Part shown: one piece after another, positions 14,128-24,350 of the stretch
How the letters are laid out: each line of letters starts with the position of its first letter
Position numbering within the stretch: position 1 is the first letter of the stretch
DNA from: Paraphysomonas bandaiensis
Taxonomy: Eukaryota; Protista; Chrysophyceae
Reading direction: 5' to 3'
NCBI GenBank assembly: GCA_965644295.1
Contig: CBFFRP010000352.1
Location: 124,001-188,000 of the forward strand
DNA: 64,000 bases
The notes under the pieces: generated by a model
What the model was told of the DNA's origin: nothing
The model's database searches: none
The model's input: the letters and a program-made list of their open reading frames with translations, nothing else
Program-made: the position numbers and the translations under genes

Positions 14128-14198
14128 GCATCAGTGGTTTAGTGGTAAAATTTCCGCTTGCCATGCGGAAGCCCGGGGTTCGATTCCCCGCTGATGCA
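14128..14198 (+). tRNA. tRNA-Gly(GCC)
   Basis: 71-nt cloverleaf: acceptor GCATCAG/CTGATGC, anticodon arm TCCGC-TTGCCAT-GCGGA, T-loop GTTCGATTC, downstream T-run Pol III terminator. Confidence 0.97.
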
Positions 14199-14286
14199 TT
14201 CACTTTTTGCTCGTTTACATTACTTCTTTGTAGTAGAAATGTGTTATCTATTAATAAATTTGTTGGCACCTCATCACCATCAAGTA

Positions 14287-14357
14287 GCATCAGTGGTTTA
14301 GTGGTAAAATTTCCGCTTGCCATGCGGAAGCCCGGGGTTCGATTCCCCGCTGATGCA
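14287..14357 (+). tRNA. tRNA-Gly(GCC)
   Basis: Identical to 14128-14198; followed by TTTTTT. Confidence 0.97.
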
Positions 14358-14594
14358 TTCTTTTTTCACTTTCCATTTTTTTATTGGGAAAATCAGTATT
14401 CCTGAGTAGACGCACTGTATTTTTTTCTCAAGCGCTGATCAGAACAAAAACTCTTCACTTCGCTCATATAGTCCGCTCCACTGACCTCGTATCCTTGTGG
14501 ATGGATAGTAATGTGTGCGTGAACAGCATACACTCATACCAGTTTTGCAAACAAGAACGAGGACAGAGCAAGCAATCCACTATCTTCTCTTTCT

Positions 14595-16139
14595 ATGGTG
14601 CATATCGAATACAAAGTTCTTCCCCCGAGTAGAATATTTGAGAGCATTGCTGCAGTCAACGATACTGATCAATGCAATACTTTTTATAGGGTTGGCACAT
14701 GTGGTCTTGAAATCGAAAAAGCTTCAGACACAGGCCTTGTTCCAACTCTGAAAGAGTATTGCGATAAGTTAGCATCCTCTTCATCACAATGGTTGGCTAA
14801 TGAAGGGGGCGCTATTAGCGCTTCCATTAATGGAGATATTGTTGGCATAGCAGTGTATCGCCAAAGTTCACCAGGTCGTCACGCTCAGCTATTGCTTATA
14901 CAGGTGAACAGTAGCTGCCGCAGACGAGGGGTGGGTCGAAGTATGCTTGAGCGCGTGGCAGATATATTCCGGTCGGAAGGGGAATCCTCGTTGCTGGTGT
15001 CCTCACGACCTTGCACTGAAGCTGTCGACTTCTTTACAGCCCAAGGATTTCGCTTTGTACGGGTAGAAAGCGAACGTAGTGACCCGTTGGACATACCATT
15101 GGTGCTTCCGCTGCAGTCTAGTCGTCTGCGGTGGTGCATTTTGGGCACGAGTTTCATTTCTGAACTAATGGTGGAGGCTATCCGTGGATCAGTCAATGGG
15201 GAAGTATGGAGTGTGGCAGGACGATCTATAAAGAATCTTACAGCTTTTGCAGAGAGACATAATATATCAGTTCGACACCAGGACTACGAATCGGCAATAG
15301 TGGATTCTGTCGTGGATGTTGTGTATATTGGTCTCCCAACCTACATGCATGCGGAGTGGGTACAGCGGTGTGCTCTTGCTGGCAAGCACATCGTCTGTGA
15401 AAAATCATTTGCTGTCAACATGCAACAGGCTGAGGCAGCACTTGACGTGGTTCGACAGAGTGGAGTCTTTTGCATGGAGGCGCAAATGTACCGGTGTCAT
15501 CCTATTGTACTTCGACTTCTAGAACTACTAAAGGAAAAACCACTGGGAGCGGCTGTCTCTGTTTCCCTCGTCTTTTCTGCACCCATAGTCACTCTTTTCA
15601 ACAGGATTGCAGGGGGAAGTATTCTTGACTTGGGGTGTTATCTTGTCTCTCTTGCTCGGATTTTGTTTGGGGAACCGGTGGGAGTGTCAGGAAGTGGAAC
15701 ATTGGTCCAGCCATCACCAGAACGACTTGACGCAGGGGACAGTCCATTCGACTCTGAGTCAGTGGCAACATTAGATATGCCAGGAGGGGTAACAGCTACA
15801 CTAAGAGCCTGTAATAACGAAGACTTAAGTGTCTGTTGCTCGATTAATTGTGAAGATGGTGTTATAGAGCTCTCCAACCTCTGGGACAACTCTCATCCAG
15901 ATGAAATTATAGTTAAGCGGTCATGTGGGAGTATTTATCGCATTCCAGTGCCGTTGCGGAAAAACACCAACTTTTACACTGCCCAGGTTGATGCAGTTAA
16001 CACAGCCGTTCAGCATGGTCGCTATGAGGCTTATTTTCCCGCGATGTCGTGGCAGGATTCCGTTAATAATATGTCTGTATTGGACAAGTGGAGGACCGCT
16101 ATTGGGCTGAAGTATAATTTAGAGACTCGTATCAAATAG
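14595..16139 (+). CDS. GNAT acetyltransferase - Gfo/Idh/MocA oxidoreductase fusion, intronless
   Basis: N-terminal GNAT motif A (VNSSCRRRGVGRSML). C-terminal LRWCILGTSFIS, VDVVYIGLPTYMH, GKHIVCEKS, GGSILDLGCY typical of Gfo/Idh/MocA. Confidence 0.85.
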   Translation: MVHIEYKVLPPSRIFESIAAVNDTDQCNTFYRVGTCGLEIEKASDTGLVPTLKEYCDKLASSSSQWLANEGGAISASINGDIVGIAVYRQSSPGRHAQLLLIQVNSSCRRRGVGRSMLERVADIFRSEGESSLLVSSRPCTEAVDFFTAQGFRFVRVESERSDPLDIPLVLPLQSSRLRWCILGTSFISELMVEAIRGSVNGEVWSVAGRSIKNLTAFAERHNISVRHQDYESAIVDSVVDVVYIGLPTYMHAEWVQRCALAGKHIVCEKSFAVNMQQAEAALDVVRQSGVFCMEAQMYRCHPIVLRLLELLKEKPLGAAVSVSLVFSAPIVTLFNRIAGGSILDLGCYLVSLARILFGEPVGVSGSGTLVQPSPERLDAGDSPFDSESVATLDMPGGVTATLRACNNEDLSVCCSINCEDGVIELSNLWDNSHPDEIIVKRSCGSIYRIPVPLRKNTNFYTAQVDAVNTAVQHGRYEAYFPAMSWQDSVNNMSVLDKWRTAIGLKYNLETRIK

Positions 16140-17107
16140 CGTTACAAACATAGAGTACCACAATATATCACTGCAGTGACTTATAGTTTTAAGAAAATAG
16201 AAAATACGGTATTCATATAGCCAAAGTGTGACATTGCATGACCATATTATAGTTTAATACCACATTGATTGTGCTTTAGGAATACTGTTCCTGGCATTGA
16301 CTCTTTACGAAAAGATTACATCTGTATGTGTCGAATAACTCCAATTATAGTCAATGATGGTAAGTAATATTCAGTATTTAGTTATTGCCAATAGTGAAGT
16401 ATAGACCGTCAAAATATTAATTATATTGCACTGTATTTATTGAGCGCATGAAAAATATTACTACTAGCACAACAATACAAGATTGATGAATAATATTGAT
16501 TCAGTTCATTGTTGTCTTGCCCTGCGTTGCTTTAACTTCTATCCTCATTGCACAACCAACTCTACGGAGGATGTTAGCACTAAGTCAGTGTTTCACCTCT
16601 ACATTTAGAACGTACATCTATACTAGTCTCACTAATACAACATTCATTGTCAGCAACATTTATTCGGAGTATTGTCAGCAAAAGCACGGAGAAGAGAAGT
16701 TTCCTTCGGAAATAGAGTGATGTTGCCTATATGATAACACCTCTATATATCTGATCGCGAGATGTAGCAATGAGTCCAATACATGGACAGTACGTGAATA
16801 TTATCAAAGCTTCAACTAAATGCAATATTTGCAGAACTTGTGTGATCCGAAAATGACGCAAGAAGAATATTAAGGCCTCATTCAAGAGGTAGTAATACTC
16901 TACTTCATACGCAAAAGTCCATACCGAAACAGCAGGACAGATCCGTGACATATGACTGTTATATAATAACTTGCAGTTATAAGGATGCTGTGTCGCATTC
17001 TCTATTGGCTGGAACCTGGTGCCCATTGGATTGAAAACGAAACTCCATCTCATGACAATATGATCTATGCTTTATATTATATAAATTGTGTTATCAGCAC
17101 CAGAGAA

Positions 17108-17178
17108 GCATCAGTGGTTTAGTGGTAAAATTTCCGCTTGCCATGCGGAAGCCCGGGGTTCGATTCCCCGCTGATGCA
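17108..17178 (+). tRNA. tRNA-Gly(GCC)
   Basis: Identical to 14128-14198. Confidence 0.97.
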
Positions 17179-17266
17179 TTCACTTTTTGCTCGTTTGCAT
17201 TACTTCTTTGTAGTAGAAATGTGTTATCTATTAATAAATTTGTTGGCACCTCATCACCATCAAGTA

Positions 17267-17337
17267 GCATCAGTGGTTTAGTGGTAAAATTTCCGCTTGC
17301 CATGCGGAAGCCCGGGGTTCGATTCCCCGCTGATGCA
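17267..17337 (+). tRNA. tRNA-Gly(GCC)
   Basis: Identical to 14128-14198. Confidence 0.97.
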
Positions 17338-17617
17338 TTCTTTTTTGTCTTTTTGTTTGTGTTCGGCCACTTCTTACTGGATAATCTGGAAAACGTAGAT
17401 TTTCATGAGAAGTAAAGAATATACAGCAGTACAGTATTTGAAGAACTGCTCGCAATACACTTTTGTTCGTCGATTGACTGTGTTTGAATCAAAGTAATTA
17501 CAGCACTCATCGTCCTCACCACCCCTTCACTCTACCCGCAGACCAATTACCGAAACACATGTGTTGAGGTCAAATCTAGGGTTCATCATGCCCGCAAGTA
17601 TGCATTAACCGGAGGGG

Positions 17618-19936
17618 ATGGGGGAGGTATACCGGACAATAGTAGCTGAGCGTGGACGTTTTCGCGGAGAGAACCCACGTATAGGGACTGAACTATCAGA
17701 TGAAGTAACATGTGCGCTCATATCTATAGATGAGAATGATGTCACGGAGTTTTGGATGCACATTGGGGAGTTGCGTATACGAATCGATAAGTACTCCGAT
17801 GTCCAGCCTACCCTACTGGATATCCTCTCTGGGGATAACATGGTTTGTGTTCAGACCCAAGAATTCGGCAGCTTATATATTCATTTGCTAGACAATAATT
17901 CATTTGAGAAATTTTGGAGGGCTGTTCGAGAAGTACTAGTCGAAATTCTCTTTATGGAGGCTACATCCGTATGGTCAACTTCGGGCAGGATATCCGTGCC
18001 AGTAATGCAGTCTGCAATTGAAGCATCTGCAAGTCTTGTTCCAAGTACGAATGTTCATGTTTTAAGGGGCGCATGGATTATAAAATGTAGGCGTGCAATC
18101 GATGCATGTGCGCAGGCCTTGAGAGCGGATCCCGGTGGAGTGAGTGTGGAAGTAGCAGAGCGGGTACTACAAGCCGCAGATTCTGACCCTGTCTTCTCTT
18201 CAGATAGAGACGTACAGTTTATCCGATATCTTTTGCCATCATTGTATCCACGTGCCCAGGATGAGGTTGTAACAGGGGTAAAGGTTACATCGCCCTCCAG
18301 TGGTGACGATGTTGTACCCGAAGAGAGTAAAACTGCAACCCCACCCGAGGGATTCATTGAACGGTACGTAACGGAGGATACATCAGAAATAGATTCCGAT
18401 TACAGTTGTAGCAGTACTAGTGTATGGAAGTGCGATTTAGCTGATATATGTGTGTCGTACGATAGCGATAGAGTGGCACTGTCAACGCGCCACAGGTCCT
18501 CACCCCGTCGTAGACGCCGTGGACTATGGCTACTTTCGGTGGTGTTGCGCTCTTTAGGAATACTTGTTCTGATGATAAGTGCGATTGTATGTGGATGCAT
18601 GGCGGGGGTGATAGCACGACAAGAGGTTTTCTGTTTGCAAACCCACTCACTACACAGTATAGGTGTTGCACCGGACCCCGCCCAATATTCCGGTCCTTGG
18701 ACCCCTAGCCCTGTACTTTTGCAACTTCCTCCTATAAGCCTTCTGCCCTCTAGAGTCCGGGGTGTAGTTGGTGCTTCCCTCTGTAGTGGTGCACATATAG
18801 TGATCAATAATCCATCAGTGGTTGCCACGTTCGCTGCTAAAGCCTCAGCGGATGTTGTCTCGATGTCATTGTCCTCCATGTACAAGGTCTGGCAGCACAC
18901 GCTTCTCCCCAACCTCTCTGGGTGGGTGAGATATATGTACCAACAGTGTATATTCCCGTTAGGCAGATCTATATGGTATCAGTGTAGTATACTGGTGAAG
19001 GGTTCAGGTGAGAGATTGTTGTCCCCCACGAGCGCTAAAGCCTACTGTGGTGAAGAGCTACTACCATGGTTGAAACGGTTGTTGCAGGAGATACTTCAGA
19101 TTGCGAAGAAGAGGTTTCTCCGACTGGATTTTAGAAGTAGTGGAATAAGAATATATGAATTGTTGCCAATTTCATCAGCAACAGATGTTTACCGGAGTGT
19201 GGTTCATGGGCGTCTCCGGCCTTTGATAGTCGAGTTAGCAAGGGTTGGCTTGGGCGCTGCGGGCCAATCATGGAGAGTTGTGTATAGTGGCTACAGTAAG
19301 ATAGCGCGTTGTGCTCATGTTTTTGTCGACCAGTTTGTAAGCCTGGTTTATGCAAGCGGTAATGCATCCCAAAGTGATAGTGAATCTGCCAGCGACAGCA
19401 TGTCCACCCAGGAGTTATACACTCCGGATCGGACAGTGGCAGTTGTAGATAGTACAGAGTTATTTGGAACAGATGAGCCATTGGTGAAATTTGCAATAGA
19501 GGATCAAGTATGTGATATCAGTGACGGTTGTCGGATGATGACAGGCCATATTATTGACGAATCCGAAGGTGAAGAACCCAAACAGTTGCACGAGTCTGTT
19601 CACCTGGAAGCTGCTCCTGCTGGTGTGCCAGTCTCGCCAACTTTCAACTTTGTCGACTCAGGGAATCCAGATACTATTGGGTCATTGGGACATGATGAGT
19701 TTTCTCCTGATGACGATGAAATCGACAGTGGGAGAAGATTCGTCCTCGGCGCTATTCCATGGTTACGGCCACGCAGTTCCGTATATCACAGGGCTACACC
19801 AGATCTCTTCCTATCTAATTCACCTGGAAACACAGGAAAAGGTGATGTCGAGGTGTCAACGGAAGGTAGCGAGGCCGCCCGGCGGGAAAAATCTAAGAGA
19901 CTGCATTGGCTGGGTTTTGTGCGTCAAGGAAACTAA
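17618..19936 (+). CDS. Hypothetical 772-aa protein with a predicted transmembrane segment
   Basis: Long uninterrupted ORF; hydrophobic stretch GLWLLSVVLRSLGILVLMISAIVCGCMAGVIA after RRRRR; acidic C-terminus; no family recognised. Confidence 0.65.
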   Translation: MGEVYRTIVAERGRFRGENPRIGTELSDEVTCALISIDENDVTEFWMHIGELRIRIDKYSDVQPTLLDILSGDNMVCVQTQEFGSLYIHLLDNNSFEKFWRAVREVLVEILFMEATSVWSTSGRISVPVMQSAIEASASLVPSTNVHVLRGAWIIKCRRAIDACAQALRADPGGVSVEVAERVLQAADSDPVFSSDRDVQFIRYLLPSLYPRAQDEVVTGVKVTSPSSGDDVVPEESKTATPPEGFIERYVTEDTSEIDSDYSCSSTSVWKCDLADICVSYDSDRVALSTRHRSSPRRRRRGLWLLSVVLRSLGILVLMISAIVCGCMAGVIARQEVFCLQTHSLHSIGVAPDPAQYSGPWTPSPVLLQLPPISLLPSRVRGVVGASLCSGAHIVINNPSVVATFAAKASADVVSMSLSSMYKVWQHTLLPNLSGWVRYMYQQCIFPLGRSIWYQCSILVKGSGERLLSPTSAKAYCGEELLPWLKRLLQEILQIAKKRFLRLDFRSSGIRIYELLPISSATDVYRSVVHGRLRPLIVELARVGLGAAGQSWRVVYSGYSKIARCAHVFVDQFVSLVYASGNASQSDSESASDSMSTQELYTPDRTVAVVDSTELFGTDEPLVKFAIEDQVCDISDGCRMMTGHIIDESEGEEPKQLHESVHLEAAPAGVPVSPTFNFVDSGNPDTIGSLGHDEFSPDDDEIDSGRRFVLGAIPWLRPRSSVYHRATPDLFLSNSPGNTGKGDVEVSTEGSEAARREKSKRLHWLGFVRQGN

Positions 19937-20494
19937 ACCAGCGTGCAACCGCTAATGTCTCACATACATACACCACTTTTTTGCAGTAAACAAAACTCAG
20001 GGTTGCATTGTTTCAAGTACTTGAAAAGCCAATGCAGTGGTTTGTTGCTACGAAAGTAAGGGAGAAATGCGCCACAGGAATGATTCGACAGTGTAGAGTA
20101 GCTAATTTGTAATGATATTCGTACGTGTGGTGTAATACCGTTTTTTTGTAACATTTATATTATCAAAGTGCTATTTACTGTGTATAAAAGTATATATTAC
20201 CTACTAATAATAATCAGTAATCTGCGTTTGTAATGTTAATTATACACTGTTGATATCGTCTAGATATGAAGCACTGATTGGAAGGTTGCTCTCATACGAG
20301 GGATATTTTAGTACTTTGTTGTTCAGTTTCCAAGTTGTATTTCATACGTACTCTCCTATATATGTTTGTATATCAATCGATTTTACAAAACTTTATTTAT
20401 TCGATTCATAATAACGTAACCAGTGGGGTAACAATTAATGTTACGCTACTAGCCACACAACAAAGTCTAACACGACGTTTTCTTGGTTCATTCA

Positions 20495-20966
20495 CTCTCA
20501 ACAAAGTCGGACTCGCACCTTTTCGTGGTGTATAAGTACCGGAGATATTTCTCCGGGAAACTAACGTGAGCTGCATATAATTGACAGCAGATATTGTTCT
20601 GCCCATTCATAGCCTTATGCTTGTGTAGTACAAGGGACACTAATAAGTCACTTGTGTAGACGTCTTTGGGCCTTGACGAATAAGCAGGAATCCGGAAAAG
20701 AGCCCACCTCAAGGGCATCCGGGACAGGGCTGCCTACTAAAGTTAAGTATTCACCTGAAGGAATCAAAAATCCTGAAGGAAGCAGATGTCAGGTATATCA
20801 ACAGTCTGCTTGCTCACTGCGTTTGTTTTGAGCGGTAAAGCGAAAGAGGTGGCACCCTGGTGATTGTGGTAATACACAAGCAGCCTTCGTAGACTTAAAT
20901 AGTAGGATATCAGAGTGAAGCACTAACTCTTAAACGCCTATTTTTAATAATAAGACATTCACTGCT
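20495..20966 (+). mobile_element. SINE-like structured repeat, most complete copy (head + body + LINE-type 3' tail)
   Basis: 5' part shared with copies at 7351, 28075, 34642 and 44540. 3' part (GGCACCCTGGTGATTG..ACACAAGCAG..TTAAATAGTAGGATA..AACGCCTA..TAATAATAAGACATTCACT) shared with the LINE 3' UTR at 56058-56243. Confidence 0.85.
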
Positions 20967-21083
20967 GGGTCGTTCACAAGTAGCACACTGCTAGTCAACA
21001 AATATGGTTATTATGACATTATAATTGCAACCTAGAGCGCTTGAAGATATTTCAATTATTCAATGTTAATTCCTTTAAGAATG

Positions 21084-22514
21084 CTACAACCTCTTAGAGT
21101 ACTCATAAAAATCACAATACGGATTTCTTTCAGGGTGATTCAATACAATGTGACTAATGGAGGCGGTCTCCAGGGATTGTAAAATGAGTGTATCCCAATA
21201 CGGCTGCGTAAGAATCTCGTACTTCCACTCTTTTGCATAAGTAGTAAAGCACAGATAGGCCTCCTCCAGTAGAGATAGGGAGACTGTAAGGAGGCTGTGT
21301 ACTACCAAAACCGGCAGTCGAGAATATAACCTGTCTAGGCCAGGGGCGCTCTCCACAATAGGAAAAGATCCCATGATAAGCGCCTCCCACAGTCTATATG
21401 TATCTGCCCCTAGACCGAAAGGACATATGACAAAGCGTGAAGAAGCTAAACTTAAGAGATAAGCCTGGCGAGCATTTCGCACTTCCCCAGGAGGCAAACT
21501 CAAACTCTTATTGGGATACATATTGCCCTCACCGAATTCTGTTCTATAGTACGCTGCCACGGCTTTTCTGTAGTACCTTGGGTTGAAGTTAACTAATAAA
21601 AGTCGTTCTTTTTTGCAAAGAGACGCGCTACGATTCATGATATTGAGAGTGGCTACCACTTCCCGCGCCATGTGTGGGCGCACACCGATGGGGACGCTCA
21701 AAACTTTTTCGTGGTTAAAGGTTTGCTGCTGCGTGGTGACCAGAAGGAGTATACGAGGATGGTCTAAAAAGGTTACCAATGAATCTATACTAGAGTTGCA
21801 TGATACTAGACTGTCCTTCAGCGCGTTAAAACGCTTACACGAATTCGTGAAACGATCATAATTGAATGCAAGACAAGTCCTTCCGGGCAGATCGCTACTC
21901 ATATAGCCACAATTCTCATCGAACCGACTGGTAAGCAAAACAGGAACAGGTAATGCATCTAGCGATCCTGCTCGGTTAAGCAAAAAACATAGTCTGTGTC
22001 CAAGCACATAGCGCAGTACATCTCCTCCTTTATTCGCTTTCAGCAACTCGGCCATATGAATAGCCAGGTCAGCAGTGGTTACTATAGGAGGTCTTCTAGC
22101 GAAGAACATACCCTCTCGTTCTCTTCCCCATACAGATAAAGGTACCGTGCTTTTGTATCCCTCGTATTCCTGAAGCGGATAGTCGTCTGAGTAGTGTGAT
22201 AGAAATTTAATTCTATGATCAGTGTCCGAGTGAGACACAGCATAACTGTAATTTCTATCCGACGACATGCGCCCTTGATACATTATGTCATCTGGATGTC
22301 GGATACGCTGCCAAACACTCGGAGGAACACAATATTTTGACTTCAGTGTGAACCCTGACTCTAAAATTTCTTTTTTTGTTTTTACATGAGATAAGTTCCT
22401 GTGTCTCTGGTGAATGATGAAGTATGGTAGAAGGGATATACACACTAAAAGTAACAACCGTGACAATACGCGATATGAGTACATTTGGTCTTTTCCACCT
22501 CCTGTATAAATCAT
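21084..22514 (-). CDS. Exostosin-like (GT47-related) glycosyltransferase, type II membrane protein
   Basis: N-terminal TM anchor; C-terminal SSRFVICPFGLGADTYRLWEALIMGSFPIV signature. Confidence 0.8.
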   Translation of the reverse strand: MIYTGGGKDQMYSYRVLSRLLLLVCISLLPYFIIHQRHRNLSHVKTKKEILESGFTLKSKYCVPPSVWQRIRHPDDIMYQGRMSSDRNYSYAVSHSDTDHRIKFLSHYSDDYPLQEYEGYKSTVPLSVWGREREGMFFARRPPIVTTADLAIHMAELLKANKGGDVLRYVLGHRLCFLLNRAGSLDALPVPVLLTSRFDENCGYMSSDLPGRTCLAFNYDRFTNSCKRFNALKDSLVSCNSSIDSLVTFLDHPRILLLVTTQQQTFNHEKVLSVPIGVRPHMAREVVATLNIMNRSASLCKKERLLLVNFNPRYYRKAVAAYYRTEFGEGNMYPNKSLSLPPGEVRNARQAYLLSLASSRFVICPFGLGADTYRLWEALIMGSFPIVESAPGLDRLYSRLPVLVVHSLLTVSLSLLEEAYLCFTTYAKEWKYEILTQPYWDTLILQSLETASISHIVLNHPERNPYCDFYEYSKRL

Positions 22515-23339
22515 ACATAAAACATATATATACTAAACTGGTCGAGTCAATAAAAGTGTTGGACCGAAAACGACTCATTTGACTGTACACTTCTTCAAGT
22601 CGAGAATACAAACAAACGTAACGAGGATTTATATAAGTACCACACATCATTGTCACTCTATCAGAACTCCACACCATTGATGTGTGTATACTTCAGAGTA
22701 GTGATGTGGTTAAACACCGTATAGACTTACAGCATATAAGACTCATACAAACACACGCACTGATACAGGGACTAGTAGATGCTTTTTATAGAGATATTTG
22801 GCGTGTGACTTAAAAGTCAACATACACACATCACTGCTATGGTTCTTATAGGAGTGAAGCTGTAAGGTGTAATATATAGCTATGCCAAGTGTTCCATGTC
22901 CCTGCCCCTCCATATATGCGGGTTGTCCTGTGCCTCCCTGGATACGTAGAGCTGGTTGAGAGATCCAATAAAAAACCAATATGGGAATTTGACCAATCAT
23001 ATGAAATACATCCCACACATATTGTTTTGATTGGTGTATACAGACAATGAGTCAGTGAAGTGAGTTCACTCACTCATTCAGAATTCACACATAGCTATGG
23101 CATACCATACCACTCCCGAGTCCTGACTGAGGAGTCACTGAAGCCGTGCAATAGGAATACTTCAGCTCTATACTATATTCAAAACTATAATCAGGAGTTT
23201 CAATATATTTCACTGATTTTTCTGTGAAAATGATAAGATTATTCTTATCGACATACAGTTCTGTCCGGTTCATCTGCATGCTGTGAAGAATGACCTGTAT
23301 TAAAATGTCATTTTCCAGACAAGTTTTCAGTTTAAAGTA

Positions 23340-24350
23340 TCAGCATGCAGCAAAATAACGACAGGCCATCGATTAAAAGTCGTCGAGGCACGCGATCTTC
23401 TTCCGTCCTTCATAGCACCACCTCCACAGCTAAAGTAAACCAACTTAAAAGCCAAGTTAGATACTTGCTGGAGCGACAGAGACTACTTGCTGCGGATGTA
23501 TATGAGCGAGAGCCCCATGAACAGCGCGGAGTTGATTTCCGTTATGAGGCAGTGTCTTTTGTGAGTGCATTAGTGGGTGAGGAACTTGACGGACTTGCCA
23601 GTCCCAGTCCTGTTGTTGAACTTTTGCGCTTGCCTGAGAGGGAGGTGGTGGGTGAGGATGAAGTACGTGCATACCTTGTTGGGGTAGTAGCTCTCAGACG
23701 ACGGCTTAGTGCACACTGCAGTGTCACCAGCTCTGTGAAACCGGGACGAGTACTTTTGAGTGACTCTCAGGTAGATACTGTCTGAGCACCATGTTAAAAG
23801 GACGCTAAGCAGCTTTGCCCTACGTTTGTGCAGGCAATGATATGCGGATGCATGGAAATGAGAAGAGGTGGCAGCGGGTGCTTCAGGTTTGATTTCATCG
23901 TGAAAATTGTTAAACCACAAGTCCCTTCTACTGGTGCCTGTGAGTGTGATGGCGGGCCTGGCAGTAGCCCAGTCACCAGTGAAGGGTGTGCTTCACTTGC
24001 CTCTGCTTGTAGTGGTTGGTGCGCCGAGTGCTCTGTTGATATGCTGGCGATATTTGAAAGTATGTATGAGCTGGACCGAGTTCATCCCGCTACAATACAT
24101 CCTTGTTGTTCATCACTTTCTGGGTGGTCTCTGTTTGATGGTCAACAAGAGCAGGATATTATCTCCCCTTGCTGCTGGAGTCCAGTGGAATATCCAGACC
24201 GACGATCTCCAGACATAACAAAGTCAGCGGATTCCTCACCAACTAGCCCGTTTTGTCCCCCTTCTAATTTACCAGTTCATTTTCTCTAGAGTAGCGGAAT
24301 CACTGTCTACCAACTCGCAGACCGAGTACTATTTTGTTTTTCTTACTTCG
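23340..24350 (-). pseudogene. Probable decayed coding sequence, unidentified
   Basis: Higher-GC coding-like composition; a Ser/Pro/Thr-rich minus-strand reading frame interrupted by scattered stops and frameshifts; no domain recognised. Confidence 0.25.

Larger units (their letters stand above)
14086..14366 (+). repeat. 281-bp direct repeat, copy 1 (contains two tRNA-Gly)
   Basis: Matches 17066-17346 with only two mismatches seen (14100 and 14217). Confidence 0.95.
17066..17346 (+). repeat. 281-bp direct repeat, copy 2 (contains two tRNA-Gly)
   Basis: Near-identical to 14086-14366, offset 2980 bp. Confidence 0.95.

Noticed and set aside
14106-14405. ORFs with the duplicated peptide SISGLVVKFPLAMRKPGVRFPADAF (also 17086-17415 and antisense)
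   Set aside because: They are translations of the tRNA-Gly genes, not proteins.
16496-17053. Short ORFs between the fusion gene and the second tRNA pair as a second cargo gene
   Set aside because: No motif and stops in the plausible frames; at best a decayed fragment.
14128-17337. Identical repeats with spacers read as a CRISPR-like array
   Set aside because: The repeats are 71-nt tRNAs, the spacers are duplicated rather than unique, no cas genes are present and the context is eukaryotic.
20540-20600. CCGGGAAACT / GAGCCGCAT read as group I P-element or group II domain V
   Set aside because: The remaining conserved elements (R/S sequences, the domain V 3' strand) are absent; the copies are intergenic and end in a LINE-type tail.
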